The notes: generated from the letters alone by a model not told the origin. A DNA stretch of 60,856 nucleotides, filler included, from Sphacelaria rigidula (GCA_964200075.2; 10 parts of 10 records of this genome joined end to end with filler, not necessarily neighbours in it); one strand, 5' to 3'; counted from the whole stretch's first letter, positions 36,800 to 50,374 are shown. Numbers and translations: made by a program.

Positions 36800-38250
36800 T
36801 ACACAAAAACCGTTGACATAGCTTATCTCCGTCCTGTTTCGCCGTCTGTGGCCACCATCTATCTCCTAGTATAACCATCGTTTTTCGCCACTGTCGTAAT
36901 GCATCAGCGGAGAGGTTGTAAGTGTGACACAAGCAACACAAAAGCACGATTGGCTTTCTGTGCTCCTGGAGAGGGTAACACGGTCCGTTGATCATAGGAA
37001 ACGAATGCCCGAGTACAGCTAGACATGTGGCGCCCAGACAGTCCTCTTCTGCGACATAAGCAACGAATTGTTCGCCGTTAAGTCAAGCAAACCACCCACC
37101 CGCCCGCCGCTTTGCTCGGATGAAAAAAGAACGTCGCCGATGGGCTTCAATATGTGTTTTTCCGGGAGAGGGTTCCTTGAGGTTCCAGAAAGCGGCCGCA
37201 TTCCTTAATTCTCATTGCAACAATATCACGAAACCGGATTATTTCGGAGAAAGTTTTGTAGCATAACGCAGCTCTGGGGTAAGATTCACGCAACGCCAAA
37301 ATGAGACAACAACAATAACAACTGCCGCCGGAAACGCCTCCGAGACGCAAACTCAAAATTTCGGCGCAGCTCAAATCAGTCAAAAGCGATGGCGGAGACT
37401 CACGTCTGACGGCAACAAGAGCGCGACTCATTTTGATCGAAACTCGAAGTACAACGACCGGCCGAAATAGTTCGCGGTAACAAACTGAAGCATGCCGTTG
37501 TCTTCGTCAGCATCGACATAACGAATTTGGATGGCAAATGTTGCGTAATTATCAATCACACGTACTGCAGTACCTTGGAATCTAACGAGCCCAATCGTTC
37601 CAGAGTCTCATGAACGATCGACTGCATTTCCTCTGAATTTACGTTCATGAGATCCTCACGGCAGCCAGTCTCCTGAACATCAGGCAACTCCCGAGAGCAT
37701 GCCTCAAGTACCCGGCGTGTTGGGAAATTGTTTGCGTCGTACCGAACATCGAACTATGTCTCGCTGGGTAGAGGAAGGAAAAGACGTTCACGTTTTCGGA
37801 AGGTTCGCGAACCCCTTCTCTCTCGGCTGTACATGCATCGCGCACTGTCCTTCGTATCTACATTTGACGCAAGTCGTGAGAGAGCCAGCCCTCTCGCATG
37901 CACTGCTCCAGACACTATTTTCACGCGAGGTGATGGCAGCAGTGTTTTTTGGGGCGCGCAATGACCGTCGATGTTGCGGTATGGAAACTTCACTTCTCCT
38001 CGTGGCGAGAACATTTCTGAGTAGGACGTACTGCGTACCCCCAAAACTCTAGGTTGTCCTTTCATCTCGAGGCAGAGCAACAAGATATGGGAATATATAT
38101 GATATGCTTGGGTGCAGTCGTGGGCAGCCACGTTTTGTTCTACGTGATTTGAAATCCGAATAGGTTTTTACGGCTTTCGTGTGACCACGAACAAATGTGT
38201 AAACAGTACCTGTTGGATCGGCCACAGCTTCAGGCAACATCTTTGTTACT
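36800..38250 (-). pseudogene. Probable decayed hAT-family transposase
   Basis: Fragments DNYATFAIQIRYVD (compare hAT QL.I.VRYVD) and CLILALRESYP occur in successive broken frames. Limits approximate. Confidence 0.35.
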
Positions 38251-38654
38251 GACAGAATTTTCGGTGGGACGTTACCGCCAGGGCTTGCGTTCGGTTAGAT
38301 TGATGATGGTCGGGTACTTCCTGATCCGCTACAACTCAAGCCGTTTATCATGGGCCAGGCAGGCTTGAGATAAATGAAACGGAACTCCTCGCGATAAATG
38401 ACTCCAATACAATGAAGAAGAGGAAAAAATCAGGAAAATAAGTAGGTGGAAAAGGACGAGAAAAAGCCAGGAAAGGAGTGAAATGGGAAGAAAAGGAGAG
38501 GAACAAAAATGGGGGAAATAAATTAGAAGAAAAGAGAAAAAAAAATCGAGGCAAAAACCCACTTAGTGTCCATCACGAGAGAAATCCCCAACGGATCCAT
38601 GCCGCACTACCTCAGGTGAGGAAGCCGGAGAGTAAGGAATTGAACCAAAATCGA

Positions 38655-38892
38655 AACGAGCAGAACAGAAGAGAACCGAACCGAACCAAACCGAACCGAA
38701 CCGAACCGAACCGAACCGAACCGAACCGAACCGAACCGAACAGAACAGAACAGAACAGAACAGAACAGAACAGAACAGAACAGAACAGAACAGAACAGAA
38801 CAGAACAGAAACCAGCCAAGCCGAGCCGAGCCGAACGAAAAGCAAGCATAGAACCAAACAGAACCAAACCAAACCAAACCATACCATACCAA
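38655..38892 (+). repeat. Compound pentanucleotide microsatellite (CCGAA)n(CAGAA)n(CCGAG)n(CCAAA)n
   Basis: More than 40 pentamer units, visible directly. Confidence 0.97.
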
Positions 38893-40704
38893 GGTCATTC
38901 ATAACAAAAAACCAAAGCGGAACGAAACGTGATGAAATTAAGAAATAACGAAAATGAAGAAATACTTATCACCGTCCGACCGTGCCCCCAGGTACAGCAG
39001 TACGATGACAATCAATACCGCAACAAAAAACGTCGGCACCCTCTCTAAAGGCGGGCATTTCTGCGAAAATGGGGCAACAGACAAAGAGCAAACAAAATGT
39101 CTGGGTGTCACCATTGAGGTGAGAGACACAAAGCCTACACAAAAGAAGCTAGCGAAGAACATCGTACCTGAAAATGGAGACGCCATTCAGCATGATACCC
39201 ACATCTCCCGCTTCGGTGCTCAGGTCTGTCGTTTCACCTCCGCCGATGAGCATGGGATAGGCTGGAATTGTAGTGCTCGACGATATTTCCTGACGATGGC
39301 GAAGCAGGCACGACGGGAGTTGAACGCAGCGATTGCCGGCGTAAAGCTCAGAACCAATCCTTGGGATTTATTCGCGTGCGTTTTCCGCTACCAAAACACA
39401 CGTTCTCCAAGGCGGGTCTGCTACAATCACGGATGCAGATTTAAGGGTCGTGTTGAAAGTCGACACCGATGCTTAAAATCAAACCATCAAAAATGAGGGA
39501 AGCTTCGACCACACGACAATCAATGTGCGATTTGAACTTCAGTTGTGAATCTTTGTCGTGAAAGTCGGACCTTCATGTTGAAAATTACTCGATAAACTCA
39601 CGGTATGTATGAAGGCGTGAATATCTGAAGATCTATATACCTATACACTCAAGTCAAGTATTCCAAGGTTGTGTTCTGTAGGATGTACCCGCAAGTGAGA
39701 GATTTCTGGTTGGTTTCCTAAACCATACCGAAATGCGTACCAAACATTTCTATGTGGTCCGGCAGGGTATCGAGCCTTGTTCTGAACGATCCTGGAATTT
39801 CGGAAGAGTATTTACCGACTAAATATCTCTTTTCATATTTATTTACATACCCGACTTCCAGCCGGTACGCCCTGCAGGAAACAACATTGAAAGGTTTACT
39901 TCGGAAGTGTAATACTCTTCACCGTGAACAATAAACGCGAGGCTCCTGAAAAGCCTAAATTGGAGCAGGGAAAGTTCAGTTTATTAAACTCACTTTCATA
40001 CCGAGAAACTCAACAGTTACAGTCCACGATATGTGTGAAGGTTGAGGTTTGAAGCTTCATACGTTCAAATTGACCTCCGCGGTGCTCAAACTTGCAAGAC
40101 TCGCTGTATTGCTCTTTATTGCACACTGTAACCTGGCGCATCCGGCTCTCGTCACCCCTCAACTATACAATCCCCAGGCAAGGGTGACTGTTTAGTTAGC
40201 CAGTCTCTCCCTATCGTGTCCAAGGTGGCCTTTCGTGAGGATTGGCCTCTGAGTTAACGCTAGACATTCCGGAAACACCGGATCCTCATTGCTGGTTAGC
40301 TGCAGTGCCCCTCGGACATCGTGAGTATTCGGCCAGACATTCCTCACCCTTCAACGTGTTGGGGGAATATTCGGTGGGGGTAAGGCCTTGGGATAGGGGT
40401 AGCGCTTCAAGCTTGATTCTTAATGTGAGAAGTTGAAAATCCCGTAAGTCTGGGGAGTTATGTTTGTACGAGTCATTAACGGTGTTGGATGTCTTCGGCG
40501 ATAATATTTTTGAAATCTTGAGCGTTTTTCGGGTCGAAGCACATTCTTTTTTCTTCTTGCGCACTACCCTGCATGTGCTAGCAGCTAACAAAAAAGTAGT
40601 CAGGCCAAACATGGCCGTATTTTGATCACTTTCCACTGGGGACACCATAAAAAACAACACTAAAACCCCCCAAGAAATATCCCCGACCCTAAACCTGACC
40701 CTCC

Positions 40705-41122
40705 TCTACTCAACGATCCATGTCGCATCCCCCATACTAAAACCAGTATGATAGTGACCCCACACTAAAACCAAGACACTTGGGGGGCAAACCAAACAAC
40801 AGTACCCTCCCCCCGTCTATTCAACGCTCCAACTGAACGATCCATGTCGCATCCCTTATACTAAAACCAGTATAATAGTGACCCCACACTAAAGCCAGTA
40901 CCCTTGGAGGTTCCACACTAAAACCAAGACACTTGGGGGGCAAACCAAGGAACAGTGGCCCCCCCCCTCTACTCAACGCTCCAACTCAACGATCCATGTC
41001 GCGTCCCCTCATACTAAAACCAGTATAATAGCGTACCCATACTAAAAGCAGAACACTTGTTTATCCTACACTAAAACCAATACACTTGGGTATCCTACAC
41101 TAAAACCAAGACACTTGGGGGT
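40705..41122 (+). repeat. Hierarchical minisatellite (~28-bp ACTAAAACCA subunits in three higher-order units)
   Basis: AACGATCCATGTCGC.TCCC occurs three times (about 40712, 40836, 40988), followed by 2, 3 and 4 ACTAAAA(C/G)CA-type subunits. Confidence 0.85.
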
Positions 41123-42245
41123 CCCCAGGGGAAAACAAACGATTAGTTGTCCTCGCAACCTCCACCGCGATAGCAATGCGGCGGCCCACGGATAGCTCGC
41201 CGCCCTTGCAACGGGGGGGGGGGGTACTTGGGGGCAAGTCCATGGTATTGTGTTGTCTGTGGGCTAGGTCTAGGGGTGGTGAACACGAATTCTTTGAAAA
41301 AATCTAGAAACATATCTCAAAATAAATAATCAAAAATGGGCCAAAATGGGCATGTTTTGACTTCATTTTAGTACGGACGACCGGCTTCTTTTTTCTTTGC
41401 ATCAGCTTCGTTGAATATTTATCTCTCCAACGAACCTAACTATAGGATGATCGGAAAAGTATAGGTGCGCAAACAATTACACGCCCATAACTCCCCAGAC
41501 TTATGGGACAGATGAAGTATTGGAACTGTGATAGTAGTATATCCAAAACGTTTAGTATCTATAAAAGGTGAAATCTGGCGATCCGGTTCCAAGATGTGTG
41601 TCTATTCTGTAGCTGGAAGGTGAGCAAGTTCACGTTATGGACGTCGGCACGGGTTCAACCTCTGAGGCGCTACTTTATTTTGCTCGTAGGGCATGAGTAA
41701 AAACCTTCTTCACATCGGGAGTCCTCAGTATGCGAGTGTTTTCTGTAGGTGAAATATGAAAATCTTGATGTGCAAGAAGTCCGCATTGGTTCGTACCCTG
41801 TGTCGGCTACATGTCTTTTGCTCGCAGTGCATGAGTAGAATACTGTTCTTCCCACCGGGAGACGAGTTCGAGTCCTGGGTCGGGTATTTTTTCCCTCCTG
41901 GTGGTGCCTTATGAGAACACAGTTTTATTACACCGGGAGTCGATTTTGTCTTCCATTGCAATCTGCGCACTTTCTCTCGCCATTCATACCCGAGGTCCTA
42001 TTCCTCATCATCTCGCAAATTTTGTTCCCATCATATTATTATCCCTTCCCACTTCCATCAACCAAAATTGTCTTCTCTGAAAACAAACACAATAATCTCG
42101 AAGGCATCGGTGCGAGCGGAGGGAATGCTACGACGTATCGATCGTCGCCCTCTTTCTCAACCACGTTGCAATCTATTTCCTATGCACTTTTCCTCATCGT
42201 TCCACCCGCAATCCAGTACTTTTTTCTTGTCTAATTTCTTCCGTA

Positions 42246-42390
42246 TGATTGGTTGATTGAGTGATTGATTGTCATACTTTGACTGACCACCCATGGGTCC
42301 AGCTGTGGTGGCATGGTAGACGTACCCAAGAAAAGCAAAACTGAAATACTCGTTCAAGGAAACGAAGGAGCAGAAAAAAATCGAACATGG
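42246..42390 (-). mobile_element. Diverged short copy of the RTE-LINE 3' end with a (CAAT)n tail
   Basis: GATTGATTGTCATACTTTTGACTGACCACCCATGGGTCCAGCTGTGG...GACGTACCCAAG matches 12787 onward and 1900 onward. Confidence 0.7.
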
Positions 42391-42671
42391 CGACATAGTA
42401 GACTAAGGCCGCTTCTTATTATAAACAAAAATAAAAAACCTGGAAAAGTGTCTTTTTGCAGCTTTTACGTCGTTTTACGCCTCAAAAGAGAGCTAGGCGA
42501 GTTTGACACCTTGGAATGACTTGCTCTCCCAGTCGAGGCGGAATAAATACGACCCCCCGCTCTCCTCTGGCNNNNNNNNNNNNNNNNNNNNNNNNNNNNN
42601 NNNNNNNNNNNNNNNTTAATTAATTAANNNNNNNNNNNNNNNNNNNNNNNNNNNNNNNNNNNNNNNNNNNN

Positions 42672-42820
42672 TGCGACTCGCTGAACACACCATGGCGCTT
42701 CATGCGTAGTGATTGAGTGCGAGCCTGGTCCGGCGAAAACCCGGCGTGCTCTGTCCCGGCTTCATAGGGATGCGAGGTCAATGGTTTGATGTTTATGGCA
42801 TGCATGATCGTGAGTACACT
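42672..42820 (+). repeat. Dispersed GC-rich repeat (GCCTGGTCCGGCG core), copy 2
   Basis: Matches 10222-10320 and, inverted, 54605-54722. Confidence 0.85.
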
Positions 42821-43019
42821 TCGCTTCCGAGTATACCCTACATAGCACAACCTCGGAAGTTTCTCTCATATGTGCGCATTCATAGCGCCAGAATCGTGAC
42901 TATTAATAGTTCGATTTTGATTTTTGATCCTCTACCTCGAGATAGAGGGGCATCCATCCATAGCCCTGAACCGTTCCAACCTAGCCACTGTTCTGATACT
43001 TCCTCTATCCCGTAAGTAA

Positions 43020-43511
43020 CGGTACCTAAATTTGTACGGGCCCTTAACGATGTCCGATCGTTTTTTTTTTTTTAATTTACTCTTTAATGTTTTGTTGGGT
43101 TGAAAAAATGTGTTGAAAATTTGCAGCTCGTGCTTGAACCATGCCGCCGAACGGCTGCAAAAAAATTAGTCGGCCCATAAATGGCCGTTTTTTGCCCCTT
43201 TCCGAGGGAAACAAAAGTGTCGATTTTTATCATTATTAATTTTTAATCGCCCCTGCCTTCACTGGGGCTTGCTGCCAGGAAGTCCCACGCGATTGAAAAA
43301 AAAATCATTTTTTTCGACACTTTTTTTCCCTCGGAAAGGGGCAAAAAACGGCCATTTCTGGGCCGACTAATTTTTTTCCAGCCGTTCGGCGGCATGGTTC
43401 AAGCACGAGCTGCAGATTTTAAACACATTTTCTTAACCCAAAAAACACCGTAGAGTTCATTGAAAAAAGACGATCGGACATGGTTAATGGCCCTAACAAA
43501 TTTAGGTACCT
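43020..43511. mobile_element. Foldback MITE with ~200-bp TIRs (possibly PIF/Harbinger-type)
   Basis: 43021-43222 is the reverse complement of 43314-43510 (e.g. GCTCGTGCTTGAACCATGCCGCCGAACGGCTG / CAGCCGTTCGGCGGCATGGTTCAAGCACGAGC). TAA and TTA flanks. Confidence 0.85.
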
Positions 43512-44513
43512 TTAGTTATGGTACAGAAGAAGTATCTTGTACTTACACTAAAATTTTTGACAGATTTTTGAATAATGGATATCGTCGGTTTGAGCGTAGA
43601 GGGGGCGGATGCGTAGGCAATTTCAACTGTCAGGTTCTCAACCTTTTGAAATAGAAAAATCCCGGTGTTGCTGTCTCGTCGTTTTTTTTCGAGCACCAGC
43701 TGTACCGAACACTTGAAATGAGTTCATGGTTCACGGTGCTTATTTTCCCAATTACATGTTTGTGCGTCTATTTTTAGGTTCCAACAGGCCAGGGCGTCGG
43801 ACCAGTCCACTCTGGACAGGGAGGCTTTCCTTCAGGTACGGATATCTGAAGGTAGATTTTAAGTGTGTCAAACGCATGACTTTATGCTTGAATCGCAAGT
43901 ATTTCACCCGGAGCCTTTCAGTTTAGTTCAGTTTAGTCTAGTTTTGTATCGTCAATCCCACTGTCCCATCCTCGTGATGAGTTCATTGTCTCAAGGGGTA
44001 GAGATGGGCCCCATGTCCCCGCGGGTACTGCACCTGCCTTTGCATTTTTTTGCCCAGCCTCGGATTAGCACCCCCGCAGCCTGTGGACTCTGATCGCTTC
44101 GTGTTTTTCCTACGACTCGTTGTTACGTCCGCGGGTGAAGCAAATCAGAATTATGAGCCAGACTGTCGAGATTAAAGTTTGAAAACCAAGATATCTGCTG
44201 GAATTAGTTCCCCTGCGGATAAGCCTTGACCACCGGGACGCAGCACAATACTGTTGTGACGTGTTTTCTTGAAAAAAAATGTGACGGTGCTTTTAAGGTA
44301 CGAACACGGGCACTGGGCGGATCAACTGTGAACTTTTCGTAAGAATCATATCCGAGCCGTGTGTGTGTCATGATTCAATCTGATTAGTGTTTGATGTGGC
44401 GTGAGAACATGCCCGTTCGTGTGTGCGTGCGCGTCATGATCCAATACTCTGGCCTATTTCGGCGCGTCGGACGTTCATAAGCGTGCGTGTCATTTCTTTT
44501 CCACTCTGAGCAG

Positions 44514-44633
44514 AAAGTACACAGCAGCGTGATGATGTTCCACGAGGTGCACGCGCAGCTGTCCGAGGGGTCGATGTTCTACTCCGATCTGCTGCAGCGC
44601 CTGGCGCAGCTCAACCAAACCTGCGAGGATCTC

Positions 44634-44700
<67 letters not shown>

Positions 44701-46994
44701 CAGTAGTGTTGTCTTTTGGTCGTTTGTTGTTGTTGTTGATGATGATGATGATGATGATGATGTGGTGATCGAGAGAGTATCTCATCTCCTGCAGTCGTCG
44801 CCTATGTGTTTGTTTCCTGAGTAGTCTCCTGTTTTCTGCATATTTGTTTCCTCTGCAATCTTCTGGAACTGACAGGTTTACACCCAAGGTCTGCAGCGTC
44901 GCGAGTTTGAGGTGGGATATACTCACCGTCGTGAACGGGCGCTGCAGGAGGGGGAAGATGCATCCCTCGAGCTGGCGCGCCAGATGCAAGCACAGGTGCA
45001 TGTGCGCTAACTCGTACTCGTTGGTCCTCGAAATATGTTGAATTTTCCCCTCAAACGCTTTCAAAGTGCTATCGTTTCCGCTCGAGCTACACTTGGTTGT
45101 GTTGTTTTGTCAGATTCGGGGTATCCTGAAACTCCCGCACGTCGGTCCATATTGCTCCCGTGTTGAAATTTTGTTGCGGTGACGGTGATCAGAGGTCCTT
45201 TATATTCCACCACCATGGTCAAATTTCGTTTTTTTTTCTTCACATAACCCTCTTGCTCTCCCGCCTTGACTCTACCGCCGAAGAATGCAAGAATGAGAAC
45301 CATCGAACACCTCGACACATGCACTGCCCTCATCAAGTACTTGACCGATCATGTGAACAGGCGGGGGTCACGCAAGGCCACCAGAATGCGGCAGGCGCCC
45401 CCGGTGGTGCGCCAGCCCCGCCGGCGAAACCTGCGTCCGCTGGTTACCCGTCAGTGCCGACCGGGGGGGCGTACGGACAAGTGCCGTGGAGCGCTTTCAA
45501 GCCTGGTCAGCAGCAGCAACCGGCACCACCTGCGTACCACCCGTCGATGCCTGGCGGGTCACAGGTATATTCCGGCAACGTGTGACACCTCTGATTACTA
45601 CCACCCACCATGTCGCAGATGTTTGTTATTATGCTGGAAAGTGTATAATCTCCCGTCTGTTACGAAGTTTGCGTAGGAAAGGGTTACGAACCCGCTCTGC
45701 AAAACACGCCCGAAACAGGCTTCTCCCATGGTGGGGGAAAGCGAACAAAGCTAGAAAATGTATAAAGGCTGGGATATTATGCGATCAACGTACAGGGTGG
45801 GCATCAGGTGTTGAGGGAAATCGCTCACGAAAACCTTCGCGAGAACAAAATTCACTGTTTTCACACCTCTCTGCCCCCGGAAAACCACCCCGGATCGGGA
45901 TCTTGCATACAACGATTAAACTCAGGTCTCAGGGCCAACCGCCCCCACTGGAAACCCTCACGGTGAACCGGGCGCAAATCCTTATGGCCAACCGCGCGTT
46001 GGTGCCCCATCCGGGGCACACAATGTTCCAGCCCCGGGACAGCAGCAGCCGCAGCAGCCGGCGCAGGGTTACACAGCTGCGTACAACACATTGCCCCCTC
46101 CCTCTGTTGCACAACAAAGTTTTCCGGGTGCGCCCTCACAGCAGCATGGCGGGTATACCCCAGCGGGTTATGGCGCCGCAGCTCCCGCCCCAGCTGCCAG
46201 CAGCGGGAATGCCCCGGCCGGATATGGCGCCGGGGCACCCGCACCAGCTGCGCAGCATGGTGCTGCACCGGCGCCGAGTAGACCAGGGGGGCGGTGGGGT
46301 GCATGGCTGACGGGTGGTCGCGGGGACAACCAGGGAATGCCTCAAGCAGCACCCGCAGTCCCGGGGGGTAGCAGTGGACCGAGTGAGTGTAAGGCAACGG
46401 TGTGAGATTGCATGTCCTGGGCGGGGGGTATTGTAGAGGTTTTTCGAATGATGTTGATTGCGTCGAAATTTGTCCGTCTCTCAGCCCGTATTTATTCTGG
46501 CGTAGCATTTATTGATCCCCAACGTGACTTGCACTTTGGCACCGCTTAACCTGTTTGTCGTACGACCAAAAATATCTCATTTCATTTGGCGAACATGTCA
46601 CGGCACTTTGCGGTTTGTCACGAGAAAGCCTGGTCCGGCGAGAACCCGGCGTGCTCCGTCCCAGCTATTGCAGGGATGCGAGGTTTATGGTCTCATGGCC
46701 ACGGCATAAAGGATCATGAGAACCCCCCCCTTCCTTCCAGTTTTGGCCATCAGTTTGCCGCTGTCAGTACGTTTTTGTACTTGGTTTTGTTCGTGTCTGT
46801 TAGCTCCCCTGTTTCACATGCTTCGTATCCTCTCCTGCTTGTGTTGTTTGTCAAATCTTCACGCAGCCGACCCAAACGAGGCGAAATACAACCGCCTGCT
46901 GGAGATGGGCTTCGATCCTTCACGCGTGCGAGCGGCGTTGGCCGAGACTAAGGGCGATGAGGAGGCCGCTGTTGGCAAGCTCTTGTCCCAATAG
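44514..46994 (+). CDS. ALIX: ALIX/BRO1-family ESCRT accessory protein, 3' five exons (44514-44633, 44876-44995, 45361-45564, 45926-46382, 46867-46994), with Pro/Gly/Gln/Tyr-rich tail and C-terminal UBA
   Basis: FHEVHAQLSEGSMFYSDL...CEDLVYTQ is the end of the V domain (compare NL.EG.KFY.DL). All introns are GT-AG with consistent phases (0,0,0,1). The last exon has the UBA signature LLEMGFD...RAAL..T.GD.EAAV.KLL followed by a stop. Confidence 0.82.
44634..44765 (+). repeat. (TG)n, (TTG)n and (ATG)n microsatellites in an intron
   Basis: Visible directly. Confidence 0.95.
46626..46730 (+). repeat. Dispersed GC-rich repeat (GCCTGGTCCGGCG core), copy 3, in the last ALIX intron
   Basis: Matches copies 1 and 2 and ends in a C run. 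Confidence 0.85.
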
Positions 46995-49786
46995 TTGCTG
47001 TACTTCCACTTTGAGCATGAACACTGCGTGTTGTCGCGAGGGTACAGTCACTGTTCTACCCCGTTGTCGAGAAGGCGATGATTTGTCCATGGTCTCTTGT
47101 TGCCCCTAGAAGGGTCATAGCTGTGTTGATCTTTGAATATTTTCGCCGTAGGAGTATATTTGTTTGTCTAGTTATGTTGCATCTTGTACCAAAGATCCGT
47201 GCTTTTCCGCCGAAAGCTGGTGCTTGTCGTTTGTAGCACTTTGTTTTTCTTCAGTTGCTTTCACGAAGTGCTTCCGATCCTCGGCGAATGTCGAGGGTGT
47301 TCTCTGTCAGGGTGTTTAATTGTTGGAAGCATGCCTCCATGATTGCTCTTCTGTCTGGGTGCTTGACACTTGCTTGTGTCTGCCGATCATAGGCAAAGAC
47401 AGGGCATCTGGAGCTACGTGAATTTGTTCGTACGTCAGACTACTCTGAGTGTATTATGGTTGAGATTAGGACAACCAAACTACGGGGGAGATGTTGCTTT
47501 CCTGTGGCACATGTTGCGACCCCTTTGAGAGGGAACGCTACAGCTTTTCCGCGCAGAACCTGGGGGCGAGCACAGCGTGTTTTTGGTGTCAAACTTTCGA
47601 CTGGTACATCCGTGTGTCAATGGGGTGTCTGCTGCTGCTGCTGCTGCTGCTGCTGCCGATGACCCCACCTTCGAGTTTGGGTCTTGTCCCATTCATTAAT
47701 TTCCTGTTGCATAATGTTGGTTCGTCGACTTGTTCGTTTCACTACTGTTGGGTACGGTCAGGGAGGATAGAAGACGGAAGGACAGCCAGGAAGGGTTCGG
47801 AATCGAGTATGGGCTCGTGGGCCAATACCGCCGCGATGACCCTGCGTTGCTCACACACGCCCCTGTAAGTCATTGCATATTTGAGTTCGCTGTTTAGTGG
47901 CGCTGTTCCAAACACATATCTATTCCGTGTATAGCAAATTCCGGTCTCGTAGTGGCATAATTCATTACCACGATGTCCAATTCGTAAAAAGAATGTAAGG
48001 TTGAAGAAGTGCGGGTTCCGACGATGGATTGTCGGCGCCCAAAAGTTGTTGCCCCTGCGGTTTCGTTAGGGTTTGGTGGCGACGAAGTTACTTGAACAAA
48101 ATATATTAATTCCCGAACCCATTCCAATTTCACTTCGTGAAATTGGTTTCTGCTCTAGGTGAACAATTCGACTAGTTAACAACGTTTTCGTGAGTAGAAC
48201 GCTGATTGAGAGTGGCTTCGATCATTCGCTTTAACTTACTGTAGCTATTTTTTCATTCCGTGTGTGCTTTTCTTTCCCTCCATCACCGGCGTGTGCTTAC
48301 AGCTACACGTCTATATCCTACTCAGGGATATCAGGGGCCTCAGTGGCAAGCTACTACAGAAAGCATATCGGGCCTCGTGGGGGGAGGCATTTCGAGACTG
48401 GAACGATTCATTCACTAATTGACCGCTTTTCACTCTCCATCATATCCTCTACTCTCACTCTCATGGAAATATTGTTTAACCGTTTTTTTGCTATATTTTT
48501 CCACTCTCAAGCCCCTTTTGATCTCGCTTTTTGGGTTAAATTTCGTCAACAGTAATCAAACGCATTTTGCTCCAAGGGGCACCTAGACAGACAGCAGTTA
48601 ACAGCCGATTTTATTTTTTGGGGTTCATACAAAATATGAGGCTGAAGTGGCATATCTCTCTTGCACNNNNNNNNNNNNNNNNNNNNNNNNNNNNNNNNNN
48701 NNNNNNNNNNTTAATTAATTAANNNNNNNNNNNNNNNNNNNNNNNNNNNNNNNNNNNNNNNNNNNNAATAAAGGACAAGAACCAGGAAAAGACAGGTGAG
48801 ACAAAGGCCACCATGTTAGGGGTTCAGCTCAGAAACAAAAAAAACAAAAACAACCCCAGACACCCTCATATACGACTACCACAGCTGTTCGGAGAAAAGC
48901 AGCAGCTAGGTAGCACTAAAACGAGGATAATATCCACGCCATTATCTGGTAAAAACGCTGTTGTTCGCTATGCCGATGCGGACCCGCAGTTGCAACATCA
49001 GAGATTAATCAACGTCTTATTGTCTTCTTAATCCCCCTAGATCACGAGGCGTCAGGGACCTTTGCTGCAGTAAGAGCCTTCATAAGCCATACTTCGACTC
49101 AAATGGACTGCTTCACCGAGACACCACCCGAATGCACACGGTGGACGCGCTGTTCGTGAGGTGATGCAGTTAGGTCTTCAAAACAGATTCCCTGAAACTA
49201 CATGTACACGCAACAGGTAAAGGACGAGCAAACAACAACCAAGACTCATTCCCTTCAAAGAGGCGCCGCACCCTCAGTAAACCGGCTTGTGCTACTGGAT
49301 TAACTCAACAGGTCCCCGCAGCACTCAAGGTGCACCCCCGACCTCCTTATCAAGTTGAACTTGCCTTTTGTCGGAGTGATGGCGAAACATGAACATACGC
49401 ACTATGGCGGAACCCCCGAGGAGTAGAACCAGCGCTTGAGGGAAAGGCAAACCCCGCCATTAGTGGGAGCACCGCTAGCTGTACATAGCCGATAAACATA
49501 ACCGCGCAGCACCACACACACTTGCCGACGGGGTCTACTTCACTGTACAGCAACACAGGCGGTATACATCTGTCGATGGAACCTCAATAGACCCCAATCA
49601 AGAATCAAAATCAAAGTGAGATGCAGCAGTGTCGAGAACGTACTTCTCGCGACAACTTCAGGTATACCCTGAAAATATTTCGGCAAAAGCAGGTACAAGG
49701 TGTGCCGTAATCGAAACCGGCGTGCCCACCTGGTTGTCGTAGCAATAGTAGAGGTACAATGATCAATAATCTTGCGCCTAGATTTG

Positions 49787-49824
<38 letters not shown>

Positions 49825-50374
49825 TCGTTTCCTGTGCCCTGAAAGCATTGCCCCACGAAGTTTCCCTATTCCCCGAGGAGTGTGTTGCTACGGTAGGGCA
49901 CCCGGATGCACAAATATTTTTTGGGGTTTGTATGGGTCACAGAATGGGAGCTTGGTGGTGTTGTGTGTGTTGGCTTTAAGCCTAGAGCCTACCCGTAGCT
50001 CCGTGGCTTCCAAGGCACACAGACAGACAGTTCGAGAACTTTGGGATCGGACTAGCCGACAGTCGAGGAACATTCCTCGTGACTAGAAGTTTCCTATGGA
50101 CAGGACCTGTTGGTCTGGTTCTGGACAGAACCAAAGGCATGTTGGGTTCGCATAGCTGGGATTCACATTTGAATTGTTAGGAGCCCTCTATCCGACACAA
50201 AAGATGAGCCCGTTCGGAAAGTCTCATTGGGTCAGCCCGTCGTAAAATATTGCGATAATGTACCCAATACAACAGTAGTAGTTGTTTTCGACATACGGAC
50301 CTCCAACTTGTCCACAAGCACCGTACGTAGGTAGGGTAGGTACCCGGTACCGGTATATTTGGGACATCTCATAC

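Noticed and set aside
38478..38948. ORFs with NRTEP/NRTEQ or FCSVL repeats
   Set aside because: Translations of a pentanucleotide microsatellite.
40705..41122. CRISPR-like repeat/spacer appearance
   Set aside because: The intervening sequences are themselves related, units are degenerate, the context is eukaryotic and no cas genes are present.
41640..41890. tRNA gene (GGTTCAA/GTTCGAGTCC motifs)
   Set aside because: No acceptor stem or cloverleaf could be built.
45486..46508. 274-aa and 215-aa ORFs
   Set aside because: Shadow frames of the GC-rich ALIX Pro-rich exon.
48780..49560. Possible decayed reverse transcriptase (VVRYADA)
   Set aside because: A single imperfect motif with no other RT blocks recognisable.
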